The translations under genes and the position numbers were made by a program. A stretch of DNA of 64,000 nucleotides from an uncultured virus (IMG/VR IMGVR_UViG_3300032053_000012) (Duplodnaviria > Heunggongvirae > Uroviricota > Caudoviricetes): the IMG/VR virus record IMGVR_UViG_3300032053_000012; one strand, written 5' to 3'. The notes under the pieces were generated by a model. It did not search any database. It saw nothing but the letters and a program-made list of their open reading frames with translations, and was not told the origin of the DNA. This document shows, piece after piece, positions 8,931 through 18,079 of this stretch (positions are counted from its first letter, which is position 1; each line of letters starts with the position of its first letter).

Positions 8931-9881
8931 ATGGCGCAGCACGAGGTCCAGGTCGGCAGCAAGAAGAGCGGCTTCACGCTGGTCGTCGACGACGCGCCCG
9001 TCCCGTCACGCGGCGCGTCGCAGGAGACGCGCGCGCGGTGGGCGGTCGGCTACGTGCGGCGGATACGGAAGGGCGAGACGCTGTCCGTGAAGCTGCTCGA
9101 CCAGGCGATCAAGTGGATCGACGAGGTGGTCTGTGAGGCGTTCGGTCGGCAGCCCGGGTGCCGGACGTGTGCGGAGGTTCGGGTCAAAGACGCCGCGAAC
9201 GGGGCGACGACGAAGGCGAGGGCGAAGGCGACGAAGGCAAAGGCGGTGAAGGCGCTGACCAAGGAGCTCGGCGTCGAGGTGCACGACCCCCCGCCGCCGA
9301 GGACGAGGAAGCGCACGCGAGTCGCGTCGTCGTCGACTCGCGTCGAGGACGGGAGCACAGCGGCGACTCGTCGCTCCGTTCGAGCGACGGGCGCGACAGG
9401 CACGGAGGACCTGACGAAGGCCCAGGCGGCGATCCTGCGCGCGGCCGTCCAGCGGCACCCGAGGTCGAGCACCGACGCGCAGCTCGCCGTCCTGGGCGGC
9501 TACTCCGTCACGAGCTCTAGCTTCTCGAACGCGGTCAGCGCGCTCCGCTGCGCGGGGTACCTCTCCGGGGCGCCCACCTCGCGCCTCGCCACGAAGGACG
9601 GGGTCGAGCGAGCGGACCACGTCGAGAAGATGCCGCGCGGCCCGGCGCTCGTCGCCTTCTGGCAGGGCAAGATCCAGAAGGCCGAGGCCGTGATCCTCGG
9701 GACGATCGTCGACATGACGAGGAACACCGCGGGGGACGCGCCTCTCGACAAGCAGGTAATCGCCGACGAGAGCCGCTACTCGATCGCGAGTAGCAGTTTC
9801 TCCAACGCGCTCTCGAAGCTGCGCACGCTCCGGCTGATCGACCGCGCGACCCACCGCTGCGTCGAGGAACTACGACGATGA
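8931..9881 (+). CDS. protein with tandem C-terminal winged-helix-like repeats
   Basis: Duplicated motifs KAQAAIL...YSVTSSSFSNAVSALRCAGYL and KAEAVIL...YSIASSSFSNALSKLRTLRLI. Confidence 0.7.
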   Translation: MAQHEVQVGSKKSGFTLVVDDAPVPSRGASQETRARWAVGYVRRIRKGETLSVKLLDQAIKWIDEVVCEAFGRQPGCRTCAEVRVKDAANGATTKARAKATKAKAVKALTKELGVEVHDPPPPRTRKRTRVASSSTRVEDGSTAATRRSVRATGATGTEDLTKAQAAILRAAVQRHPRSSTDAQLAVLGGYSVTSSSFSNAVSALRCAGYLSGAPTSRLATKDGVERADHVEKMPRGPALVAFWQGKIQKAEAVILGTIVDMTRNTAGDAPLDKQVIADESRYSIASSSFSNALSKLRTLRLIDRATHRCVEELRR

Positions 9882-10117
9882 CTCACCCCTACCGCGACCC
9901 AGAGCACGACGCCGACCGACTCCCTCGACTCCGAGGCACGTTCGTCTGCGCGCACTGCACGCGGCGCGTCCCCATCGACGAGGGCGCGTCTGACTGCCAG
10001 CCGAGCGTCTGCGACGACTGCTGGTTCGTCCTCCACCAGCGGGGAGCCTGCGCCGCCTGCGCCGAGGACGAGGACGGCAGCGGCAGCCAGAGCAAGAGTG
10101 AGAGGATCACGCCATGA
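9878..10117 (+). CDS. small zinc-finger protein
   Basis: CAHC..CDDC..CAAC; coupled. Confidence 0.55.
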   Translation: MTHPYRDPEHDADRLPRLRGTFVCAHCTRRVPIDEGASDCQPSVCDDCWFVLHQRGACAACAEDEDGSGSQSKSERITP

Positions 10118-10662
10118 CATGGGAAGCAGAGGAGCGCGTCGACATGCGGAGGCGCGTCGAGGAGATCCGCGGCCAGCGCGACTACGCGAGGAATGTGGGC
10201 GGCGAGCCGATGCCGAGCGAGCTCGCGATCGACGACCTGCTCGCCGCGCTCGACGCGGCGGACCGCGACGCGGTCGAGGCGGACGACCGCGCTCGAGGGT
10301 TAGCGTTCGAGATCATGCAGATACACGACACGCTGGCGCAGGCGGGGAACGCGCTCGATCACGCCGTTGCGCTCGAATGGTGCACCACCATTGAGGCCGT
10401 CCTCGTCCGCGAGCGGGAGCGGACAAAGCTCGTCCCGCCGGCGGTCCTCCTCCGCTGCGAACTGGTCCTGCGCGCGTACGGCGACGCCATGCGCGCGGCC
10501 GACGAGGTCGCGGAGCGCGTCGGTGAGGGGCACGCGTCAGAGAAGTACGACGCCGACCTGGCCTTCGAGGTCGCGTTCGACGAGGTCGTCGACCTGTCGA
10601 AGAAACTCTCGGTCGCCGCTGCGGCAGGTACGCCCGTCCTCGTTCTCGAGGAGGAACCGTGA
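10114..10662 (+). CDS. hypothetical helical protein
   Basis: Coupled ORF, 182 aa. Confidence 0.65.
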   Translation: MTWEAEERVDMRRRVEEIRGQRDYARNVGGEPMPSELAIDDLLAALDAADRDAVEADDRARGLAFEIMQIHDTLAQAGNALDHAVALEWCTTIEAVLVRERERTKLVPPAVLLRCELVLRAYGDAMRAADEVAERVGEGHASEKYDADLAFEVAFDEVVDLSKKLSVAAAAGTPVLVLEEEP

Positions 10663-10922
10663 ACGCCGCGCCGGTCAAGCCGTCCTGGCCGTCCTGCGGT
10701 CGTCCAGACCGTCACGAGCCGCGCATGACGTGCGGCTATCCGCTGCCGTGCCCGCATCACACGGTGATCGTCGATGTCGACGCGCAGACGGTCTCCGTGC
10801 CCATGGGTCAGGGCGTCTCGGTCGTGGTGCCGCCCGAGAAGGCGGGTCGCGTCGGCGAGGTCGCGGCGGCGCTGGCCGGACGACGAGTGAAGCGAGACAG
10901 GAAGAAGCGAGGCAGACCATGA
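10659..10922 (+). CDS. hypothetical protein
   Basis: CGYPLPCPHH; coupled. Confidence 0.55.
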   Translation: MNAAPVKPSWPSCGRPDRHEPRMTCGYPLPCPHHTVIVDVDAQTVSVPMGQGVSVVVPPEKAGRVGEVAAALAGRRVKRDRKKRGRP

Positions 10923-11401
10923 CCAAGAGAAAGACCATGATGACGCTGGCACTTCTCGCACTTCTTCTCGCGTCCGCGTGCAACGCGGTGACGGGGATCG
11001 ACGACTACCACGTCGCGGTCGACGACCTCGACGGTCACGGCGCGGACTCGGCCGCGGACTCGGCTCGCGATGCCAGGCTCGACGAGGTCGCCGACGCGTT
11101 CGCGGTCCCGCTCGACTCGGCGTCCCCGCTCGACTCGGCGCCCGGCACCGACTCCGCGCCCCCGCCCCCGACCGACTCGGGCCGCCCGGTGTGGGACGGC
11201 GCCGCGGGGTCGTGCGCGCCGAGCGGCTACTACTGCGGGAAGCACGGAGACTGCTGCACGGGCGTCTGCGCCAAGAGCCTCGGCTGTCTGCCACCCATTC
11301 CTGCCGGCTGCTTCCTGCTCGGCGCCGCGTGCTCGGCGCCCTACGCGTGCTGCTCGTCGGTCTGCGGGAGCGTGTCGGGAAAGTGCGAGCCGGCCATATG
11401 A
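10919..11401 (+). CDS. Cys-rich lipoprotein
   Basis: MTKRKTMMTLALLALLLASA-C lipobox, DS(A/G) linker repeats, two C-x6-C-x5-CC-x3-C modules. Confidence 0.75.
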   Translation: MTKRKTMMTLALLALLLASACNAVTGIDDYHVAVDDLDGHGADSAADSARDARLDEVADAFAVPLDSASPLDSAPGTDSAPPPPTDSGRPVWDGAAGSCAPSGYYCGKHGDCCTGVCAKSLGCLPPIPAGCFLLGAACSAPYACCSSVCGSVSGKCEPAI

Positions 11402-11670
11402 CCACCACCACGCGCGGCGAGTCAGACGTGGACGGCGACGAGTTCGACGACGGCGACGCCTCGCTCACCTACCGGGCGCTCTCCGGTTATGCGAACTGGG
11501 TCGAGACGGGGGACTTCCTGCTCTCTGCAGAGGACGCCGCGAGGATGAAGCGGCCGTACAAGGCGCTCGCGGTCGAGCAGATGCGGATCATCGTCCGCCT
11601 GCGCGAGCTCGCCGCGGCCGCCCTGCGCCAACAGTACGTCGTCGTCGGTGAACCAGAGGAGGAGCGATGA
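11398..11670 (+). CDS. hypothetical protein
   Basis: Coupled; YANWVETGD. Confidence 0.6.
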   Translation: MTTTTRGESDVDGDEFDDGDASLTYRALSGYANWVETGDFLLSAEDAARMKRPYKALAVEQMRIIVRLRELAAAALRQQYVVVGEPEEER

Positions 11671-11975
11671 CCGCGAGGAAGCCGATACCGCTCGACCTCG
11701 TCGTGGCTCGCCTGCGCGTGCGGGACCTGCTCTCCCCGCGCGGGGGACCCCCGCGGCTGACCCGCGCCGAGCGCGCCGAGCTCGACCGCCTGCTCGCGGT
11801 CGCCGACGCGGCGCTCGCGCTCTACGACGGCGCGGGCGACGTCGACGCCGAGCAGGACGCGCTCGGCGCGCTCATGGTCGCGGTGCGCGGCAGGGCCTAC
11901 AGGCCGACGAAGCCGAGGACGAAGGCAAAGCCGAGGACGAAGGCGAAGGCGAAGCGTGGTCGGGGGACCCGATGA
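11667..11975 (+). CDS. hypothetical protein
   Basis: Coupled; basic tail. Confidence 0.55.
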   Translation: MTARKPIPLDLVVARLRVRDLLSPRGGPPRLTRAERAELDRLLAVADAALALYDGAGDVDAEQDALGALMVAVRGRAYRPTKPRTKAKPRTKAKAKRGRGTR

Positions 11976-12820
11976 CCGACGGACGGACGACGCCCCGCGA
12001 GGTTGTGACGGCGCTTGCGCGCCTGGAGTTGCCGGACCCGCCGCTCGACCGCGCGCTCGCGGCCATCGAGGAGCTGGTCGAGGCCGCGGTGCGCGGGAGG
12101 AGGCGCACGCGCTTCGCCGACGCCGCGCGGATCTGCGCGGTCGGCACGCAGCTCCTCTCCGCCACGGCCGAGGGCGTGCTCGACGATCCCTCGCTCAACT
12201 TCCAGTGCGGCGACGTCGACGGCGACGTCGCCGACGCCTACGGCATGCGCGCGCGGCGCGTCAACGTCAACAACCCGATCTACGGCGTCGCCCCGGTCGT
12301 CGCCCCGGTCTACCGCAACGACGCCCAGCAGCAGGTCGCCGACGTGATGCAGATCCTCGCCCCGCAGGCGCAGGCGCAGGCCGCGAGCAGTCGCGCCGCC
12401 GAGCTACGAGAGCTCGGGCGCTCGCTCGAGTCTGCCAAGGGCAGGACGCGTCGCGCGATCCGGGGCAGGATCACCCTGATCGTGGCGGAGATGGAGCGCG
12501 AGCAGGGGATCGACCCCGCGAGACCACGCGCGACGAACGCAGCGGCGAACGCAGCGGACGAAGCATACGGAGCAGAGAGAACGAACGCAGCGAAGGAGCG
12601 GGACCATGACGCACGAACGCACGAACGACGGAGCCGAGACGCTGGAGATCCCGAGGTGGTACATCCCGAGCCTGTACGGCGACGTGCGCCTGGAGGCGGA
12701 CCGCACGGGGACGGCGGACGGAGGGCCGGAGGCGACGATCCTCTACGCGCAGGACCTCTCGCCGACCGAGGAACTGGCGATGGAGGCGCTCCGCCGGCGC
12801 GCGCTCGCCGAGCCCACTAG
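11972..12820 (+). CDS. hypothetical protein
   Basis: ATGA coupling; last 215 bp overlap the next gene. Confidence 0.6.
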   Translation: MTDGRTTPREVVTALARLELPDPPLDRALAAIEELVEAAVRGRRRTRFADAARICAVGTQLLSATAEGVLDDPSLNFQCGDVDGDVADAYGMRARRVNVNNPIYGVAPVVAPVYRNDAQQQVADVMQILAPQAQAQAASSRAAELRELGRSLESAKGRTRRAIRGRITLIVAEMEREQGIDPARPRATNAAANAADEAYGAERTNAAKERDHDARTHERRSRDAGDPEVVHPEPVRRRAPGGGPHGDGGRRAGGDDPLRAGPLADRGTGDGGAPPARARRAH

Positions 12821-13559
12821 GATTGGATCACTGCGCATCGGCAGGGTGCCGTGGGCGAGCGCGGAGGACTTCCGTCCGATCGCCGACAAGTCGTACCGCG
12901 AGACGGAGGTCAGGGTGCGCCTACGCGCGCCGATCGGAGCCGTGCAGAAGGTACTCGCGAAGGCGATGAAGCCAGGCCGGCGCGTGGTCTCGGCGGTGAG
13001 GTTCACCGACGGCCGCGTCGAGGAGGTCCACGTCGCCCAGACGCACGCGACGACGACGGGGGTCACGACGACGACCACCGTGCTCGCGCTGCCGGCCGCG
13101 AGCAAGGGCGCGAAGAAGGACGCGCTCGCGAAGGTAGCGAAGGTCGTGGCGGCTGTCTCGGTCGCCGCGCCGACGATCGGCTGTCCCGCTCCAGACTTCG
13201 GCAGGAGCGAGGTGCGGGCGCGCCGCGTGCTGCTCGCCTTCCTCGACGAGCGGCAGCGCGCCGACCTGGTCGCCACGGGGCGGTTCGTCACGCGCGGCCA
13301 GGACACGGGGCGGCGCTACCTGCTGTCGCTCCGCGACGGCCCCGAGGGGCTGCTGCGGACCGGCGGCCGCGGCGTCTACGACCTCGACGCGGCGGAGAGT
13401 GCTCGGCGTGCTCGGCGCGGAGTCTGCTACGGCGGTCCGCTCTGCGTGCACGACTGGACGGTGCCGCCGTCCGAGGAGGCGCTCGCGATCCACCTGATGC
13501 TGAGCCTCCCGGGCCGCGAGCGGCTCATGCGCGCGCTGCCGGAGGTCGTCGGGCGATGA
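12606..13559 (+). CDS. hypothetical protein
   Basis: AAGGAG RBS; 317 aa; WYIPSLYGDVRL...LCVHDW. Confidence 0.7.
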   Translation: MTHERTNDGAETLEIPRWYIPSLYGDVRLEADRTGTADGGPEATILYAQDLSPTEELAMEALRRRALAEPTRIGSLRIGRVPWASAEDFRPIADKSYRETEVRVRLRAPIGAVQKVLAKAMKPGRRVVSAVRFTDGRVEEVHVAQTHATTTGVTTTTTVLALPAASKGAKKDALAKVAKVVAAVSVAAPTIGCPAPDFGRSEVRARRVLLAFLDERQRADLVATGRFVTRGQDTGRRYLLSLRDGPEGLLRTGGRGVYDLDAAESARRARRGVCYGGPLCVHDWTVPPSEEALAIHLMLSLPGRERLMRALPEVVGR

Positions 13560-13789
13560 GGTCGGTGGTCCTCACCGGCCCGCAGGGATGCGGCAAGACG
13601 CACCACGCGGAGGAGATCGCGAAAATCCTCGGCCTGTCGCGCGTCGTCGACGGCTGGGTTCCGGGTGACCCGGTCCCGGAGCACGACGCACTGCTCGTCA
13701 CGAACGAGTCGGCAGACGCGGTGGTCCTCTTCGGGCTCCGCGTCGTCCGGTTCGAGGACGTCGTACACAAGCTAGGTAGACCGAAGTGA
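13556..13789 (+). CDS. very small P-loop-containing protein
   Basis: MRSVVLTGPQGCGKT; only 77 aa. Confidence 0.65.
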   Translation: MRSVVLTGPQGCGKTHHAEEIAKILGLSRVVDGWVPGDPVPEHDALLVTNESADAVVLFGLRVVRFEDVVHKLGRPK

Positions 13790-14208
13790 CCGCCGCGAAG
13801 GTGGGCAAGCGCGTCGCGCGCGTCGCGGTCGTCGGCAGCCGCTACTTCCGCGACGAGGCGGCCGTGTGCCGCTGCGTCGCCGATCTCCCGCCCGGCGCGG
13901 TCGTCGTCACCGGCGGCGCGCGAGGCGTCGACTCGTGGGCCGAGGACGAGGCGCGGCGGCGCGGGGTCGCCTGCGTCGTCCACCGCGCCGACTGGTCGAC
14001 GCACGGCAGGTCCGCGGGGGTAATCCGCAACGGCGTGATCGTGGCCGACTGCGACCGCGTGGTCGCGTTCTGGGACGGCGCCTCGCGCGGGACGGCCGAC
14101 ACGATCACGAGGGCGAGGAAGGCGGGGAAATCAGTGTACGTGGTGCTCGAGGCCGTCGTGGAGGCCGATGGATCGGCGAGGGGGATCGGCGATGGCGAGC
14201 GACGCTAG
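13786..14208 (+). CDS. SLOG-superfamily (DUF2493/YspA-like) protein
   Basis: VAVVGSR...VVTGGARGVD...ADW..HGRSAG.IRN...VAFWDG.SRGT. Confidence 0.88.
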   Translation: MTAAKVGKRVARVAVVGSRYFRDEAAVCRCVADLPPGAVVVTGGARGVDSWAEDEARRRGVACVVHRADWSTHGRSAGVIRNGVIVADCDRVVAFWDGASRGTADTITRARKAGKSVYVVLEAVVEADGSARGIGDGERR

Positions 14209-14737
14209 ACGGTGCGGCGTCCCGGCGCGCTCGCTGCCGCCGTGCGACCTGGAGTGGGGCCACGACGGCGACCTGCACGGCAGCGCGGGCGACGGGTTCT
14301 ACGCGCGCGACTACGACGAGGAGCACCACTGGAGGCAGGGAGTGCTTCGCGAGTTTCGTGACGCGGACGAGGCGAGGGCAGACCGCGACGCCGCCCGGGC
14401 CGAGCTGACCGAGGCGCTATCGGCCGTCAAGCGCGAGATGCGCGAGCGCGAGGCGGTGCGCCGCGAGCGCGACGCGTGGCACTCGGCCCTGCAAGCGTGC
14501 CACTTCACGACACTGCCCGACGACCCGCAGGCCGCGACCGATGCGCACGCCGAGTACGTCGCTCGGCTCTGCACGAACGTTGTGACGCTGACGAGGGAGC
14601 GAGACGAACTCGACCGGCTGCGCGGCGTGCGACGCGCCGCGATCATCCTGCTCGACGCGAACGAGTGCGGACTGTCGCTCGACAGACCGTGGGCGGTCCT
14701 CCGTGAGGCAGTCGACCCGGCGGCGAAGGGAGGGTGA
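14192..14737 (+). CDS. hypothetical coiled-coil protein
   Basis: ORF with heptad repeats. Confidence 0.6.
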   Translation: MASDARRCGVPARSLPPCDLEWGHDGDLHGSAGDGFYARDYDEEHHWRQGVLREFRDADEARADRDAARAELTEALSAVKREMREREAVRRERDAWHSALQACHFTTLPDDPQAATDAHAEYVARLCTNVVTLTRERDELDRLRGVRRAAIILLDANECGLSLDRPWAVLREAVDPAAKGG

Positions 14738-14741
14738 GGCG

Positions 14742-14960
14742 TTGCGCAGCCGCGACTTCGCCGTGCACGTGCTCAACCGCGTCGAGGCGACCGGCGTCTG
14801 CCCGTTCTGCGACGACTACGAGCGCATGCCGTGGGAGGGCCACGATCCCGGCTGTCCCGTCGCCGAGTACCTGCGCACGGAGCACGCGCGCCGCGGCGAC
14901 AAGACGCAGAGCGAACGCGCGCGGACGAAGACGGGGACGAAGACGGGGACGGACGAGTGA
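14742..14960 (+). CDS. small Cys/His protein
   Basis: GGAGG then TTG; CPFC...H..GC. Confidence 0.5.
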   Translation: MRSRDFAVHVLNRVEATGVCPFCDDYERMPWEGHDPGCPVAEYLRTEHARRGDKTQSERARTKTGTKTGTDE

Positions 14961-15145
14961 GCAGGCGGCGAACGGAGGGCGACGCGCAGTGGATGCGCCG
15001 CGTGTTCCCCGACGAGCGCGCACGCGCCGCGACCGACGCGGCGATCGACGAACTCGACGTCTCGGAGTCGATGGCGACCTTCCTCGACGCGTGGGTCATG
15101 GCGTACGTCGGCGCGGGCGGGAAGACGCTGCTCGTCGTCGAGTAG
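14957..15145 (+). CDS. hypothetical protein
   Basis: GTGA coupling. Confidence 0.5.
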   Translation: MSRRRTEGDAQWMRRVFPDERARAATDAAIDELDVSESMATFLDAWVMAYVGAGGKTLLVVE

Positions 15146-15201
15146 TCGCAGTAGTCGTGGACCACGCGCTCGGCTACGGTAGCTGCGGTGAGGTCTGTGA
15201 C

Positions 15202-15486
15202 GTGACCAAGCGGGAGATCGTCGACAGGATTCGGCAGATCGACCGGCAGATCCACGCGGCCCTCGCGACGACGCACACGCTCGAGGAAGAGCGCGCGATG
15301 CTCCGCGAACTCCTGGCCGAGTGGCCCGACGGCGGCGACGCCCTCGCCGCGCTCGACCGCGAGGACCAGGAAGAACCGCCCGACACGGAGCCCGGAACGC
15401 CGCGCACGAAGTCGTCCCAGCGCATGGCCGCGGTCACGCTCCCGCCGCCCGACGACGAGGAACCACCGCCAAATGACTGCGAGTGA
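15202..15486 (+). CDS. hypothetical protein
   Basis: TKREIVDRIRQIDRQI; acidic/Pro tail. Confidence 0.55.
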   Translation: MTKREIVDRIRQIDRQIHAALATTHTLEEERAMLRELLAEWPDGGDALAALDREDQEEPPDTEPGTPRTKSSQRMAAVTLPPPDDEEPPPNDCE

Positions 15487-15532
15487 CTTGACTTGACGCA
15501 CGCGCGTGACAGGTGTCTACCCGACGCGCAAT

Positions 15533-15784
15533 ATGAGCAGCAGCAGCAGCACGAAGCGACGCCGACCCCGCAGCGGCAACGGCGGCACGACCACACAGGT
15601 CACGTTCCGCATCCCGACCGACTGGATCAAGCGGGCCGATGTGATCGCGCAGCGGCTCTCGGAGGGCGCGCCGCCCGCGAGCCGCACCGACGCGCTCCGC
15701 CTCGCGCTCGCGCGAGGGTTCAGTGACCTCGAGTCGCGGAACTCCAAGGTCAAGCCGTCGAGGACGAAGGTCGTCGCCCGATGA
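15533..15784 (+). CDS. ribbon-helix-helix DNA-binding protein
   Basis: TTQVTFRIPTDWIKRADVIA...SRTDALRLALARG; TTGACG and a gaca-gg-tgtc dyad just upstream. Confidence 0.75.
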   Translation: MSSSSSTKRRRPRSGNGGTTTQVTFRIPTDWIKRADVIAQRLSEGAPPASRTDALRLALARGFSDLESRNSKVKPSRTKVVAR

Positions 15785-16344
15785 TCAAGCAGGCGTCCGT
15801 CGCGCTCGCGATTCTTTTTTGTCGTCCGACCATGCCGGTCGCGACCGCGAACGCGCACGCCAAGACGATCGTCGAGCGCTCGGCCAAGCTGGGGATCGAC
15901 CCGCTGATGATCGTCGCGATCGACGACCACGAGAGCGGCTGGAACGAAAAGGCCGTCAGCAAGGACGGCGAGGACCACGGGCTCGGTCAGGTGCGCGCGC
16001 GCTACCGACCCGCCTGCGCGAAGGACAAGGACCCAGTGCACGCGCCGAGTGCCGCGTGCGCTGCGGAGAAGAAGCGGCTCCTCGACGGGGCGTACAACCT
16101 CGGCGCGGCGTTCGACGCGATCGAGGCGTGGATCACGATCTGCAAGCAGAAGACGGGTTCTGCGGGAGAAAACCAATGGCTGTGGTCATACGCGGGACTG
16201 AATCGACCGACGACGGGGAGATGGTGCGGAGTGCAGGTAACGGGCGGCAAGGCGACCACCCTACCGACCCCTTCGGTGGTGCGGGCGTTTCAAGCACGAC
16301 GTCGCGCGCTGCGGCTGCGGCTCGAGGCCCTGCCGCCGAGCTGA
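15781..16344 (+). CDS. lytic transglycosylase (SLT domain)
   Basis: GIDPLMIVAIDDHESGWNEKAVS...GLGQV...LLDGAYNL. Confidence 0.8.
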   Translation: MIKQASVALAILFCRPTMPVATANAHAKTIVERSAKLGIDPLMIVAIDDHESGWNEKAVSKDGEDHGLGQVRARYRPACAKDKDPVHAPSAACAAEKKRLLDGAYNLGAAFDAIEAWITICKQKTGSAGENQWLWSYAGLNRPTTGRWCGVQVTGGKATTLPTPSVVRAFQARRRALRLRLEALPPS

Positions 16345-16571
16345 CCCGCGCCTCGGCCTCGACCGACCCGCGGTCGTCGAGCCTCGGGCACAACGCGAAG
16401 GTCGGCCGACGCATCGTCGAGCAGGCGTGCGTCGAGCGACTGCACGCGACGCGCCCGGGGCACGTCCCGACGAACCTCGTCGACTTCCTGAACCGCGCGA
16501 CCGTGCACTTCCTCGACGCGGACAACCACGTGATCGACATCGACGCGGTGATGATCACTTGGGAGGAGTAG
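16341..16571 (+). CDS. hypothetical protein (start uncertain, possibly CTG)
   Basis: Protein-like C-terminus VHFLDADNHVIDIDAVMITWEE; no ATG or GTG near the expected start. Confidence 0.4.
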   Translation: MTRASASTDPRSSSLGHNAKVGRRIVEQACVERLHATRPGHVPTNLVDFLNRATVHFLDADNHVIDIDAVMITWEE

Positions 16572-16575
16572 CGCC

Positions 16576-17178
16576 ATGAACGGGAGCGGCGTTGAGCAGC
16601 ACGTGGGATGCCTGTGGGTCGCTGCCTTCATGGCGGTCGGGGTCTTTGTGGTCTGGAAGCTCGTCGTGCGCGTCGCCCGCGCGTGGGGCGTCCGCGTCCC
16701 GCGCGACATGGCGTCGTGGCAGGACGAGGTCGAGCGCACCGCGATCGAGGCGATCCGCGCCGACCTCTACGCCGCGCAGTGCCGCGCCGGGCTGGTCGAG
16801 CTCATCGGAAAGGTCCCGGCCGACTTCGACCCGACGCTCCTCCTCGGCTGCCAGGTCGCGGCGGGCGTCCACCGCGGCGCCGTCTACGAGGCCGAGCGGC
16901 AGGGGATCATCCGGACCGGCACGTACGAGCGCGTGTACGGCACCTCGATCGACGAGGTGGTCTTTGACGGGTCCTTCTCCGACACGCCGTACGTGGCGCC
17001 AGTGCCGGTCGTCGACGAGGTCCGCCGACGCCGGGAGGCGCGCGACCCCGAGCCGAGGCGCCAGGGCACCGCGCCGCATGGCACCGCGCCGCAGGGCGCG
17101 CCGAGGCGACCGAGCGTCCCCTGCGACTGGGTCGGCGGGAAGCTGGTGCCGATCGGACGCGGTCGGCGAGCGTCCTGA
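16576..17178 (+). CDS. membrane-anchored hypothetical protein
   Basis: GGAGGAG RBS; N-terminal hydrophobic helix. Confidence 0.65.
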   Translation: MNGSGVEQHVGCLWVAAFMAVGVFVVWKLVVRVARAWGVRVPRDMASWQDEVERTAIEAIRADLYAAQCRAGLVELIGKVPADFDPTLLLGCQVAAGVHRGAVYEAERQGIIRTGTYERVYGTSIDEVVFDGSFSDTPYVAPVPVVDEVRRRREARDPEPRRQGTAPHGTAPQGAPRRPSVPCDWVGGKLVPIGRGRRAS

Positions 17179-17204
17179 GGTCCTGAGGAGTCGCGAGCGT
17201 CATC

Positions 17205-17426
17205 ATGGCCGCTGCGACCTGCACGGGGGCGAGGGGTAACGTCCTGTTCGCCCCGCGCTGCGGCGCGCCCGCGGCGTGGTCGACGCCGTCCGGGCCGCGC
17301 TGCGACGCGTGCGCGGACCGGGAGCGGGACGCGATCCGCGCGGGCACGTGCCTGCTCGCGATCCTCTCCGACGCGCGCGGCGTCCCGCGCGCGCGGCTGC
17401 TCGGTCGCTACAGGAGGATCGAGTAG
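17205..17426 (+). CDS. small Cys-rich protein
   Basis: GAGGAG RBS; C..CG..CDAC. Confidence 0.5.
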   Translation: MAAATCTGARGNVLFAPRCGAPAAWSTPSGPRCDACADRERDAIRAGTCLLAILSDARGVPRARLLGRYRRIE

Positions 17427-17842
17427 GCGGCGCGCCGCGCGCGACGCGCGCGTTCGACGAGGCGCGGAAGCGTCGGACGACGTCGGCCGCACGCGCGGCG
17501 TCCCGACCCCGCGAGCCACCTGCCGGGCGTGCGGCACCGCATCCGGTGCACGAGGTGGTGGCGCGTCGTGGGTCGAGGGGAGAGCGCGCGGAGCGGCGGC
17601 GCGACCGGCGGCGGCGCGGGGAACAGCGGGAAGAAGCGCCCGCGCGCCCAGAGGCGGGTCTGCCGCCGAGCGCGAGGCCGCGCCCCGTAGGGCGTGATCG
17701 GGAGCGTGATCGTCGTCGCGACCGGGGCGTAGTACACGACGAACCAGTCGGTCGTCGCCGCCATCGTCGGTCCGCTGCCGTTCCCGATGCTTGTCGGCCA
17801 AGTGTTTGTCATCGACTGCGCGTTCGAGCCGTACATCATCAT
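17408..17842 (-). CDS. hypothetical basic protein
   Basis: ATG overlaps the stop of 17839..18024. Confidence 0.4.
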   Translation of the reverse strand: MMMYGSNAQSMTNTWPTSIGNGSGPTMAATTDWFVVYYAPVATTITLPITPYGARPRARRQTRLWARGRFFPLFPAPPPVAPPLRALSPRPTTRHHLVHRMRCRTPGRWLAGSGRRACGRRRPTLPRLVERARRARRAAYSILL

Positions 17843-18024
17843 ACCTGCGCGCGGTCCTCGCGCGCGTCCGTCAGGCCGGCGGCGAGCTGCTCGCGCGCGT
17901 CGATCTCGGCGCGCCTCGTCGCGGGCGCGTCGCGGACGACCGCCTTCTGTCCGTTCGCCTTCTGCGGCTTGCAGAGGAGGCAGCCCGCGCGTCGGTTCTT
18001 CGGGCGTCCGCGCTTGTGGTGCAT
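17839..18024 (-). CDS. small basic protein
   Basis: MHHKRGRPKNRRAGCLLCKPQK; divergent from the tmRNA gene. Confidence 0.6.
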   Translation of the reverse strand: MHHKRGRPKNRRAGCLLCKPQKANGQKAVVRDAPATRRAEIDAREQLAAGLTDAREDRAQV

Positions 18025-18079
18025 CGAGGAGCGAGACTAGCGCGCGTCGACGAGTCGATCTAGGATGACCTCTCTCTTT

